64,000 bases of DNA from Desulfobacterales bacterium (GCA_021647905.1 JAKITW010000006.1:30-64029), one strand, 5' to 3'; numbered from the stretch's first letter, positions 45,896 to 54,380 are shown. Notes: generated from the sequence alone by a model not told the origin. Numbers and translations are program-made.

Positions 45896-48049
45896 ATGGC
45901 GACTATTGAGCAGATCATCGACCTGGCCGGCAGGCATCTGGAAAAAGAGGAACTCGTGGTCCTGGAAAAGGGCTACGAGTACGCGCTCAAGATCTACAGC
46001 GGCAAAAAGCACCTCTCGTCCGGCAAGCCCTATATCACCCATGCCCTGGAGGTCTGTTTCATCCTGAGCCAGATGCGGCTTGATCGCAAGACGCTGCTGG
46101 CCGGGCTCCTGCACGGGGTGCTCAAGGAGGACCCCTCCCTCTCCTTTCGCGAACTGAGCGATCTGTTCGGCAATGATGTCGCCAATATCGTCCGCGGCGC
46201 CACCAAGATTACCAACGTCAAGTTTGACAGCCGGCAGACCTACCAGGCTGAAAACGTCAGGAAGCTGCTCCTGGCCATGGCCTCTGATCTGCGGGTACTC
46301 CTGGTCAAGCTGGCCGACCGGCTCCATGACATGCGTTCCTTTGCCCTGAACGACCGAAGCCGGGAACTGGCCATGGCCCAGGAAACCATGGAGCTTTATG
46401 CGCCCCTGGCCAGCCGGCTGGGTATCGACTGGATGAAGCGGGAGCTGGAGGACCTGGCCTTCAGCTTCCTGCAGCCCGACGAGTACCAGGATCTGCGGCA
46501 ACGGGTGGCAAGTTCCACCGCCGACCGTGAGACCTATGTGGAAGAGGTGATCGGTATCCTTCGCCGCAAGTTGGCCGAGAACAATGTTGTTGACTGCGAG
46601 ATCATCGGCCGGCCCAAGCATCTTTACTCCATCTACAAGAAGATCATCGCCCAGAAGATTCCCCTGGAAAAGGTCTACGACAAGGTGGCCTTCCGGATCA
46701 TCGTCAACACGGTCAAGGAGTGCTACCAGGCCCTGGGGGTGGTCCATGAAAACTGGGCCCCGGTACCGGGCCGGATCAAGGATTTCATCAGCAGCCCCAA
46801 GGCCAACAACTACCAGTCGATGCACACCACCGTGCTCGGGCCGCGCAAAGAGTTCATGGAGGTGCAGATCCGCACCAGGGATATGGACCGGGTGGCCCAG
46901 GAGGGGATTGCCGCCCACTGGGCCTACAAGGAAGGGCAGGCGGTCAGCGCCCGGGACGCCAAGGTGTTCAAGAGCTTGAAACAGCTGGTCCACTGGCTGC
47001 AGGAGTTGAAAGACCCCAGGGAGTTTCTCGATTCGGTGCGGGACGAGCTTTTTGAGCCGGATGTCTACTGTCTGACCCCCATGGGCGAGGTCAAGGAACT
47101 GCCCCTGGGCAGCACCCCGATCGACTTCGCCTACCTGATCCATACCGAGGTCGGCGACCACTGCAGCGGCGCCAAGGTGAACAACCGGATCGTGCCGCTC
47201 AAGTACCGGCTCCAGAACGGCGACAAGGTGGAGATAATCACCTCGGCCAAGCAGAAGCCGCGCCGGGGCTGGCTGTCGATCGTCCGGACCAGCCGGGCCA
47301 AGTCCCGGATCCGTCACTGGCTCCGGCAGGAGGAAAGGGAAAGGTCGATCAACGTCGGCCGGGAGATCTGCGAGCGGGAGTTGCGCAAGTACAACACCAC
47401 CCTGAAGAAGATCATTCGCACCGGTCATATCAAGGAGCTGCTCAAGGGGCTGCGCTGCAACTCCCTGGAGGATCTCCTGGCCAAGGTCGGTTCGGGCGGG
47501 ATCACGGTCAAGACCCTGATCCAGCAGATGCAGCCACCGGAGATAAGGGTTGCGGCGGAGAAACGGGCGGATGATCTCCAGATCCCGGCCGCGCGGGCGC
47601 AGCAGAGCGACGGCCAGAGCGCGATCGTGGTTCAGGGGATGGATGACATGCTGGTGCATATCAGTCAGTGCTGTCTGCCGGTGCCCGGTGACCAGATCAT
47701 GGGGTTCATCACCACCGGCCGGGGGATCTCCATCCATAAGCAGGGCTGCGTCAACCTGCTGGCCACTGATCCCCTCCGGCGGGTGGAGGTGGCCTGGTCG
47801 GCCAAGGAACAGACCGTGCACCGGGCCCAGATCCGGCTGGTGACCGAGAACCGCAAGGGGATGTTGGCCGGGGTCAGCGCCCTGATCAGCAAGGAGGATG
47901 CCAATATCCTCGAGCTTGAGGTCAAGACCCGGCCGGACAATCTGGCCGCCTATCTGGTGGTGGTGGAGGTGGAGGGATTGTCCCAGCTCCAGCATCTGCT
48001 CCAGCACCTGCGGCAGCTGGCCGGGGTTATCGAGGCCCATCGCGCATGA
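45896..48049 (+). CDS. relA: RelA/SpoT-homolog long RSH, (p)ppGpp synthetase; hydrolase HD motif degenerate (HG)
   Basis: 717 aa. Synthetase motifs RPKHLYSIYKK, FRIIV, YQSMHTTV, EVQIRTRDMDRVAQEGIAAHWAYK, plus TGS and ACT regions. N-terminal LLHGVLKED stands where LLHDVxEDT is expected. Confidence 0.9.
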   Translation: MATIEQIIDLAGRHLEKEELVVLEKGYEYALKIYSGKKHLSSGKPYITHALEVCFILSQMRLDRKTLLAGLLHGVLKEDPSLSFRELSDLFGNDVANIVRGATKITNVKFDSRQTYQAENVRKLLLAMASDLRVLLVKLADRLHDMRSFALNDRSRELAMAQETMELYAPLASRLGIDWMKRELEDLAFSFLQPDEYQDLRQRVASSTADRETYVEEVIGILRRKLAENNVVDCEIIGRPKHLYSIYKKIIAQKIPLEKVYDKVAFRIIVNTVKECYQALGVVHENWAPVPGRIKDFISSPKANNYQSMHTTVLGPRKEFMEVQIRTRDMDRVAQEGIAAHWAYKEGQAVSARDAKVFKSLKQLVHWLQELKDPREFLDSVRDELFEPDVYCLTPMGEVKELPLGSTPIDFAYLIHTEVGDHCSGAKVNNRIVPLKYRLQNGDKVEIITSAKQKPRRGWLSIVRTSRAKSRIRHWLRQEERERSINVGREICERELRKYNTTLKKIIRTGHIKELLKGLRCNSLEDLLAKVGSGGITVKTLIQQMQPPEIRVAAEKRADDLQIPAARAQQSDGQSAIVVQGMDDMLVHISQCCLPVPGDQIMGFITTGRGISIHKQGCVNLLATDPLRRVEVAWSAKEQTVHRAQIRLVTENRKGMLAGVSALISKEDANILELEVKTRPDNLAAYLVVVEVEGLSQLQHLLQHLRQLAGVIEAHRA

Positions 48050-48690
48050 GCGAGATGAACCGGCATTCCGGGCTTGAGTTGCAGCAGCCGGTGGTCGCCA
48101 TCCTGCGCGGGGTGAAGGCGGATCTTTTTGCCGCGCTGCTGCCCCGGGCCTTTGCCGCCGGACTTGATGCCATGGAGGTGACCCTGAATACCCCGGGCGC
48201 GCTGGAGATGGTCGCCGGCTGCCGGCCCGGGGTCCCGGCCGGCAAATATCTGGGCATCGGCACCATCCGCAACCTGGCGGAGGCCGAACAGGCGGTGGCC
48301 GGCGGGGCGATGTTTCTGGTGACCCCCAACCTGGACCCGGCGGTGATCGAGTACGGCAGGTCCCAACAGGTGCCGGTGATTGTTGGCGCCCTGACCCCCA
48401 CCGAGGTCTATGGGGCCTGGGCCGCCGGCGCGGCCATGGTCAAGGTCTTCCCTTGCGGCGCCATGGGCGGGGCCGGGTATATCCGCGACCTGCGCGGTCC
48501 CTTTGACCGGATTCCGCTGCTGCCGGTGGGCGGGGTTTCCCATGATACGGCGCCCGCTTATCTGGCCGCCGGGGCCCGGGCCGTGGGGGTGGGCGCATCG
48601 CTGTTCGGCAAAAAGGCCCTGGTTGACGGGGATATCGACCTGGCGGTGGCAAACCTGAAAAAATTTCTCAGGCGTTGTCAAACAGGTTGA
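48046..48690 (+). CDS. KDPG/KHG (Eda-family) aldolase-like protein
   Basis: 214 aa. VVAILRG...LDAMEVTLNTPGALE...GIGTI...FLVTPNLD...GALTPTE...AAMVKVFPCGA...PLLPVGGV matches the Eda fold pattern, including the Schiff-base Lys context (VKVFP). ATGA overlap with the rel stop. Confidence 0.75.
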   Translation: MSEMNRHSGLELQQPVVAILRGVKADLFAALLPRAFAAGLDAMEVTLNTPGALEMVAGCRPGVPAGKYLGIGTIRNLAEAEQAVAGGAMFLVTPNLDPAVIEYGRSQQVPVIVGALTPTEVYGAWAAGAAMVKVFPCGAMGGAGYIRDLRGPFDRIPLLPVGGVSHDTAPAYLAAGARAVGVGASLFGKKALVDGDIDLAVANLKKFLRRCQTG

Positions 48691-48874
48691 GATGCGGTAT
48701 AAAAATCAGCCTGGCGCGGAGGAGGCCGGTGAATCGAGCCGACCCGGTAGGCCGGCGGATCACCCCGACGCTGTGGACGTTTACTGGTCCCAGTTAAGGT
48801 TAAAGCCCCCGCCTTCAGGCGGGTAGATTTATCACTTCCAATGGAATCCGGTTGGAAGGGAAGAGTTTTTTTAC

Positions 48875-49053
48875 TTCGTGCTCGTGAACGTGCTCGTGAA
48901 CGTAAACGTGATCGAGACAAGAAAAAAATAAATATGTTGCGAGCAAGCAGGATGGATTATCAAGGAGAGTTGCTCGATAAATGGACTTGTCGTTCGCCAA
49001 AAGCACTTATGTTCGTGTACGAGTACGTTCACGAGCACGAGCACGAGCACGTC
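48875..49053. repeat. hexamer-repeat inverted repeat (arms 48875-48916 and 49011-49053) around a ~95-nt AT-richer core
   Basis: Left arm TTCGTG CTCGTG AACGTG CTCGTG AACGTA AACGTG ATCGAG. Right arm ...GTACGA GTACGT TCACGA GCACGA GCACGA GCACGT C. 48877-48904 is complementary to 49024-49051 at 26/28 positions. Confidence 0.85.
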
Positions 49054-49074
49054 AAAAACGGGTCTTGGACCCGT
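49054..49074 (-). terminator. canonical intrinsic terminator on the minus strand (orphan)
   Basis: The minus strand reads ACGGGTC-caa-GACCCGT followed by TTTTT. No minus-strand gene is recognisable anywhere in the window. Confidence 0.55.
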
Positions 49075-49188
49075 ATCCCGACTTTCAGTCGTTAAGTTAA
49101 CCCACCGTCTTCAGACGATGGTTGTTTACTTCGGCGACCTGGGTGGGCCGCCCACCAGCGGCGGCAAGTCATTTTCAGAGAGGGAGTC

Positions 49189-50139
49189 ATGTTCAGACCG
49201 GAGATCAAGGTAATTGACTGTACGGTCCGCGACGGCGGACTGATGAATAAATGGCAGTTCAAGGACGACTTTGTCCGTGACGTCTACCAGGCCCTGTGCG
49301 CGGCCGGGGTGGACTACATGGAGATCGGTTATCTCAGCTCGGAAAGCGCCTTTGACCGGAAGGAGTACGGCCCCTGGCGCTTCTGCGCCGAGGAGGACCT
49401 GCAACGAATCATCGGCGATGGCGAGAAGAAGATCAAACTTTCGGCCATGGCCGACATCGGCCGGATCGATTACGGCGATATCCCGCCGGCCGCGGAAAGC
49501 TCCCTGGATATGGTCCGGGTGGCCTGTTACGTCCACCAGGTGGACACGGCCATAGCCCTGGCCCACCATTGCCTGGACAAGGGCTATGAGGCGACCATCA
49601 ACCTGATGGCGGTTTCCACCGTGGGCCTGCGCGACCTGAACGAGGCCCTGGACGACCTGTCCAGGAGCCGGGTGCCGATCATCTACCTGGTGGACAGCTT
49701 TGGTGCCTTTTACTGCGAGGATATCGAGACCCTGGCGGCCAAGTATTTTGAGCGGCTGCCCGGCAAGACCATCGGCATCCATTGCCACAACAACCAGCAA
49801 CTGGCCTTTGCCAATACCATTGCCGGCATCATTGCCGGGATCAATTTTCTCGACGGCACCCTGTACGGCATCGGCCGCGGCGCTGGCAACTGCACCCTGG
49901 AACTGCTGCTCTCCTTTTTGAAAAACCCCAAGTTCAACGTGCGGCCGGTGATTCAGTGCATCGAAAAGCAGATCTTCCCCTGGGCCAGGAAGATCGACTG
50001 GGGCTATTCAGTGCCCTACATGGTGACCGGGGTGCTGAACCAGCATCCCCGCACCGCCATGGCCCATATGGAGTCGGATCACCAGGAAGAGATCACTGAT
50101 TTCTACGATAAGACCACCTGCACCAACGAGGCGGTCTGA
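49189..50139 (+). CDS. HMGL-like / DRE-TIM metallolyase family aldolase (pyruvate carboxyltransferase domain)
   Basis: 316 aa. IKVIDCTVRDGG (substrate/metal motif), IGIHCHNNQQLAFANT (HxH), GIGRGAGNCTLE. Resembles the DmpG/HMG-CoA-lyase superfamily. Specific substrate unknown. Confidence 0.75.
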   Translation: MFRPEIKVIDCTVRDGGLMNKWQFKDDFVRDVYQALCAAGVDYMEIGYLSSESAFDRKEYGPWRFCAEEDLQRIIGDGEKKIKLSAMADIGRIDYGDIPPAAESSLDMVRVACYVHQVDTAIALAHHCLDKGYEATINLMAVSTVGLRDLNEALDDLSRSRVPIIYLVDSFGAFYCEDIETLAAKYFERLPGKTIGIHCHNNQQLAFANTIAGIIAGINFLDGTLYGIGRGAGNCTLELLLSFLKNPKFNVRPVIQCIEKQIFPWARKIDWGYSVPYMVTGVLNQHPRTAMAHMESDHQEEITDFYDKTTCTNEAV

Positions 50140-50186
50140 TCCCTTACCCCCGGCCTTGAACCCTGACTGTTTTATTGAGGAAGAGT

Positions 50187-50489
50187 ATGCCCAGTCTCAA
50201 GATGTCCCTGCCCCATAATCTTGTCCCTGATGAGGCTGAAGACCGGATCAAGGGTCTATGGGACGAGCTGAAGGAACAGCACGGTGACAAGATCAGCGAC
50301 CTGAACGAATCATGGAGCAACAGCACCGGCTTCTTTTCCTTCAGGATGATGGGTTTTGCGGTCAAGGGGACCCTGGCGGTGCAGCCGGCCCAGGTGGTCC
50401 TGGAAGGGTCGATCCCCTTTCTCGCCCTGCCGTTCAAGGCAGAGATCGAAGAAACCATCCTGATCAAGGCGCAACAGATTTTGAGTTAG
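50187..50489 (+). CDS. putative polyhydroxyalkanoic-acid-system family protein (PHA_gran_rgn-like)
   Basis: ORF 50175..50489. ATG50187 follows GAGGAAG. About 100 aa. Architecture and the C-terminal LALPFKAEIEETILIKAQQIL resemble the TIGR02610-type family, judged from memory of that family. Confidence 0.5.
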   Translation: MPSLKMSLPHNLVPDEAEDRIKGLWDELKEQHGDKISDLNESWSNSTGFFSFRMMGFAVKGTLAVQPAQVVLEGSIPFLALPFKAEIEETILIKAQQILS

Positions 50490-50753
50490 CCTTGCCCCTC
50501 CCTGCCTTGTCCTTGACAGGCAATCTCAGCCCCGGCCGACGCCCCAACCCGCCGGGAGAAACCCGGCACTCCTTTACCAGGCTTCATCCCAAAGGCATTC
50601 GCGGGGTTTTCAGTCCCGAGGAGATTCTTCGTTTTTCCAGAAAGCTTCTGGTCGTCTGGTCCGGATTTCTCACAAAAAAAATTACTGCAGGTAAGCGCGG
50701 ACCCCGAAGTCGCTAAGCACCAAATTCTACTTTTTGTTGGAAACAATTGATTT

Positions 50754-50780
50754 AGTATGTTACCGTATGTGATACATACT
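50754..50780. promoter_or_regulatory. inverted/direct repeat cluster upstream of abiEi (candidate AbiEi operator)
   Basis: aGTATGTtaccGTATGTgatACATACt. AGTATGT and ACATACT form a 7-bp inverted repeat, with an extra direct GTATGT. Ends 10 nt before ATG50790. Confidence 0.4.
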
Positions 50781-50789
50781 GGATCGAAA

Positions 50790-51422
50790 ATGGATATTAT
50801 AGAATTAAAAAAGAGCATAACAGCTAAATATTTTGACTTTCAGAATCTCAAGACAGCTATTGTCGGCCAGGCTAACGAGCGTCGATTTATAGGCCGACTT
50901 ATCAAGAAAGGCTATATCGTCAGGGTTAAGAAAGGCCTTTATGTCTGGGGGGAACAGCTGGATTCCGAGGGATATTCAAAAGAGATACTGGCCAACTTGA
51001 TCTACGGGCCTTCCTATATCTCTCTTGAATCCGCTCTTTCTTTTCACGGCCTGATTCCTGAGCGGGTTGAAACTGTCACCTCGGTGACATTTAAAAAAAA
51101 CAAGATGTTTAAAACTCCGGTTGGTTCTTTTGAATATGTCCATCTTTACAAAGGGGCGTATGCAACAGGAGTGAATCTTCACGTTATTAATCAGACTGAA
51201 AACTATCTCCTTGCCGGCCCTGAAAAAGCATTGCTTGATTATATTGCCCTGCGGGTGCGACGAATTGATTCTGATACCCACCTTGCTCAACTATTGAATG
51301 AAGATATTCGAATTGATCATGATGAATTTGCCCGGCTGAGAACTGATTTGTTGATACGGTATGGTGAATTTTACCGGTCAAGGGTGATTCGAAAGTTCAT
51401 CAAAAAGGTCACGGATGGATAG
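50790..51422 (+). CDS. abiEi: type IV toxin-antitoxin / Abi system AbiEi-family antitoxin (transcriptional regulator)
   Basis: ORF 50757..51422. ATG50790 (MDIIELKK...). RRFIGRLIKKGYIVRVKKGLYVW winged-helix pattern and YISLESALSFHGLIPE are typical of AbiEi. Overlaps the downstream toxin gene by 8 nt. Confidence 0.8.
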   Translation: MDIIELKKSITAKYFDFQNLKTAIVGQANERRFIGRLIKKGYIVRVKKGLYVWGEQLDSEGYSKEILANLIYGPSYISLESALSFHGLIPERVETVTSVTFKKNKMFKTPVGSFEYVHLYKGAYATGVNLHVINQTENYLLAGPEKALLDYIALRVRRIDSDTHLAQLLNEDIRIDHDEFARLRTDLLIRYGEFYRSRVIRKFIKKVTDG

Positions 51423-52284
51423 TGCAATATTACAGATGCTTGATGAGTATGGTTGTCAAAGCGCTTCTGACTATGAAAACGCTTTAAAAGAGATAATGCA
51501 GGAAATTGCCCTGCTTGGTCTCTGGCGGGTGAAGTTTTATGAACACGCCTTGTTCTATGGCGGCAGTTGCCTACGGATTTTATACGGCCTCCCCAGATTT
51601 TCAGAAGACCTGGATTTTTCTCTGTTGAGAACAAATCTTGACTTTGATCTTTCGAAATATTATGCGGCCATCGTGGCGGAGCTGGAAGGTTTTGGCTTTG
51701 AGGTGGAAATAAAAACAAAAAACAGGACTGTTGATTCTCAAATAGACTCTGCCTTTATCAAGGCTGGAACAAGAATCAATTTTATCAAGATTAAAGTACC
51801 GGACAGACTCCTGGCGCGATTACACAGTAATCAGATTTTGAAAATCAAGATTGAAGTTGACCTTGATCCGCCCGGCAATCATGGGGTTGAAGTGAAGGAT
51901 ATCTTCAGGCCGATTCCCTTCCAGGTAAAGACCATGCCGCTTGCCGATCTGTTTGCCGGCAAGATACACGCGATTCTTGCCAGGAAATGGCAAACAAGAG
52001 TAAAGGGCAGGGATTATTATGATTACCTCTGGTATCTTGGCAGGAAATCTGCGCTTAACCTCAAGCATCTTGAAGCAAGGCTTCTGCAGAGTGGTCACTT
52101 TAACGGACCACTGACAATAGATATTTTTCAGGCAATGCTCTCCCGGAAATTTCAAGAAGTTGATATTGAAAAGGCTAAAATGGATATCGCCCCTTTTTTG
52201 AACGACAGGGAAAAGGCGGCGCTTGATTTATGGTCTAATGATTATTTTATGAAAACTGTTAAGAGCATTCAATGCAGCCCTTGA
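51415..52284 (+). CDS. abiEii: AbiEii/AbiGii-family nucleotidyltransferase toxin (DUF1814)
   Basis: 289 aa. ALFYGGSCLRILYGLPRFSEDLDFSL (NTase motif), ...KIHAILAR....RVKGRDYYDYLW (C-terminal motif). Confidence 0.85.
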   Translation: MDSAILQMLDEYGCQSASDYENALKEIMQEIALLGLWRVKFYEHALFYGGSCLRILYGLPRFSEDLDFSLLRTNLDFDLSKYYAAIVAELEGFGFEVEIKTKNRTVDSQIDSAFIKAGTRINFIKIKVPDRLLARLHSNQILKIKIEVDLDPPGNHGVEVKDIFRPIPFQVKTMPLADLFAGKIHAILARKWQTRVKGRDYYDYLWYLGRKSALNLKHLEARLLQSGHFNGPLTIDIFQAMLSRKFQEVDIEKAKMDIAPFLNDREKAALDLWSNDYFMKTVKSIQCSP

Positions 52285-52626
52285 AGACAATTATCTGGAT
52301 AGCCGCCCACAATTTAATGATATACATCTTATGATCACCGATTTTCGCGGAACGATATTCCCAAACTGCCACCATCCGCTCACACATGCATAACCAGTTG
52401 AATTTTCATGATTTGTTTGCGTACATCAATTACATTTCGCCTCTTTTTGTTATATCTTATGGCGATTAAAATTATTAATGGCAAACCTTAAAACAAATTC
52501 GGGTAGGCGCATCACCCCCTCTCTGTTTTTTGATTATTGCCTCTGCTGTCAACAACTTCAAGGCGATTGGGCGCGAAACCAATATTAACCGTTATCGCCA
52601 CTTGCCATGTTTTAACTTATTATTTG

Positions 52627-52655
52627 TTGACTTTTTAATCGTCACGATATATAAC
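52627..52655 (+). promoter_or_regulatory. candidate transposase promoter (would give a leaderless or near-leaderless mRNA)
   Basis: TTGACT (52627-52632), 17-nt spacer, TATAAC (52650-52655). ATG52662 lies 7 nt downstream of the -10 box. Confidence 0.5.
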
Positions 52656-52661
52656 GTTTGC

Positions 52662-54380
52662 ATGCGTGATGCTTCCTTTTTTATAAACCCTGCTCTTGAC
52701 TGGCAGAAACGGTATGAGGCACTTCGGGCCTTCTTTGTTGAACGTCTGCCTGCCAAAATTGTGGCTGAACGCTTTGATTACTCACCCGGATATTTTCGTT
52801 TGCTCTGTCACCAGTTCCGAACCGGCAAGATTGATTTCTCGGAACCTGTACCGGAAGGGAAGACCAAGCGCCGGCGCATCTCTGAGGAGGTTCGCAAAAA
52901 GATCGTCGATTGGCGCAAGCAACGTTTGTCCGCCGGTGACATCACCGAACTGCTCAATGAAGATGGCGTGGAAATCTCAATCCGCACGGTTGAGCGAGTG
53001 TTGGCGGAAGAAGGCTTTCCAAAGCTTCCCCGGCGAACCCGGTTGAAAATAGGCCTTACCGTCAAAAAGGCTGAGGTGCCGCAACGTTCCGAAACCATAT
53101 CTCCTGCCGGTGTTGAAGGTGATCTATGGGAATCCTCCGGTGCCGGTGTTTTTCTTTTTGCCCCCTTCCTGGCTCAATTCGATATCGATAAAATTATCCG
53201 GAGTGCCGGTCTTCCCGGAACAAAGTATATCCCGGCCCAGAACTACCTGCTCTCGTTTCTGGCCCTAAAACTTCTTGGCACTGAGCGGTACGCTCATGTG
53301 AGCGACCACGCCTTTGATCCGGGTCTCGGGTTGTTCGCCGGTCTCAATGTGTTGCCGAAGTGTACGGCTCTCTCGACGTATGCATACTCCTTGGATGGAG
53401 TCCATCTCCTGCGCCTCCAACAAGCATTTGTCAAAAAGGCGTCGGACCTTGGTCTTTACAAGGGAGACATTATTAATCTCGACTTCCACACCGTCCCCCA
53501 TTTCGGCGACGAGTCCGTGCTTGAAAAGCATTGGGCCGGGGCACGGAATAAAACGATGAAAGGGGCGCTGACCCTGTTTGCCCAGGACGCTGAATCCAAG
53601 CTTATCCTCTATACAAGTGCCGACATCAAGAAAGACGAGACCGATGATCAGGTTCTCCATTTCCTGGCATTCTGGCGAGATATTCACCGGGGAGTGGAAC
53701 CCACTTTTGTTTTCGACTCAAAATTCACCACCTATACCCATCTCACAGAGCTTGACATCCTGGGGATCAATTTCATCACCCTGCGACGTCGGGGGAAAAA
53801 GCTTCTTGACCAAGTGGAGCGACTGTCACCATGGAAACGGATCACCATACCCCATGCCAAACGAAAATATCCCAACCCCCTGGTACATGATTCTTTGATA
53901 ATCCTTCGTGGTTATGAAGGTAAAATCCGGCAGGTGGTGATCCGCGGCAACGGCCACGAGAAGCCTACCTTCCTTGTCTCGAACGACCACGATACTCCGG
54001 TTGAACTCTTGGTGGGCAACTACGCACGCAGGTGGCGAGTTGAAAACGGTATTGCCGAAGCAGTGAAATTCTTCCACCTGAATGCTCTCTCTTCGCCAAT
54101 CCTTATCAAGGTTCAATTCGATGTAATCATGACAATGATCGCCGACACCTTGTATTGTATGCTGGCCAAAAAACTCCGTGGTTTTGAGTCTTGCGACGCC
54201 CCCGAGATATATCGCCATTTTGTCCGTACAAGCGGAACAGTACAAGTATGCAACGGAGAGGTCACGGTTACGTATCCTCGGCGTGCTCACAATCCCATAC
54301 TTCGGGCAGTACCGTGGGATAACCTTCCAAAAGCAATACCGGGATTCGGGGGTGTAAAACTCAATTTGGTCTTCAAGTAG
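52662..54380 (+). CDS. DDE transposase (IS4-superfamily-like; family not assigned)
   Basis: ORF 52530..54380. ATG52662 preferred (572 aa). N-terminal HTH region (RKKIVDWRKQRLSAGDITELL). Candidate DDE triad at INLDFHTV, FVFDSKFTTY and YARRWRVENGIAE (Y-x2-R-x3-E). Confidence 0.85.
   Translation: MRDASFFINPALDWQKRYEALRAFFVERLPAKIVAERFDYSPGYFRLLCHQFRTGKIDFSEPVPEGKTKRRRISEEVRKKIVDWRKQRLSAGDITELLNEDGVEISIRTVERVLAEEGFPKLPRRTRLKIGLTVKKAEVPQRSETISPAGVEGDLWESSGAGVFLFAPFLAQFDIDKIIRSAGLPGTKYIPAQNYLLSFLALKLLGTERYAHVSDHAFDPGLGLFAGLNVLPKCTALSTYAYSLDGVHLLRLQQAFVKKASDLGLYKGDIINLDFHTVPHFGDESVLEKHWAGARNKTMKGALTLFAQDAESKLILYTSADIKKDETDDQVLHFLAFWRDIHRGVEPTFVFDSKFTTYTHLTELDILGINFITLRRRGKKLLDQVERLSPWKRITIPHAKRKYPNPLVHDSLIILRGYEGKIRQVVIRGNGHEKPTFLVSNDHDTPVELLVGNYARRWRVENGIAEAVKFFHLNALSSPILIKVQFDVIMTMIADTLYCMLAKKLRGFESCDAPEIYRHFVRTSGTVQVCNGEVTVTYPRRAHNPILRAVPWDNLPKAIPGFGGVKLNLVFK

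Noticed and set aside
45725-48040. 771-aa minus-strand ORF opposite rel
   Set aside because: Antisense shadow ORF. The + strand product has complete RSH motifs.
48841-49095. 84-aa ORF (and the overlapping 63-aa minus ORF at 48815-49006) with RERARE / HEHEHEH tracts as real protein genes or a His-type leader peptide
   Set aside because: It is not called as a CDS. Both frames arise from the hexamer inverted repeats read on either strand. No Shine-Dalgarno precedes either ATG. The + ORF start lies in the loop of the hairpin at 48835-48858, upstream of the T-run. It is kept as a hypothesis within the finding only.
50312-50818. ORFs 50312-50716 (+) and 50486-50818 (-) between the PHA-family gene and abiEi
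   Set aside because: One overlaps the better-supported 50187-50489 gene in another frame. Both span the GC transition and give low-complexity translations with no RBS.
52530-52661. N-terminal 44-codon extension of the transposase ORF
   Set aside because: It runs through the AT-rich region holding a good TTGACT-17-TATAAC promoter. The peptide is hydrophobic junk. ATG52662 fits a leaderless start.
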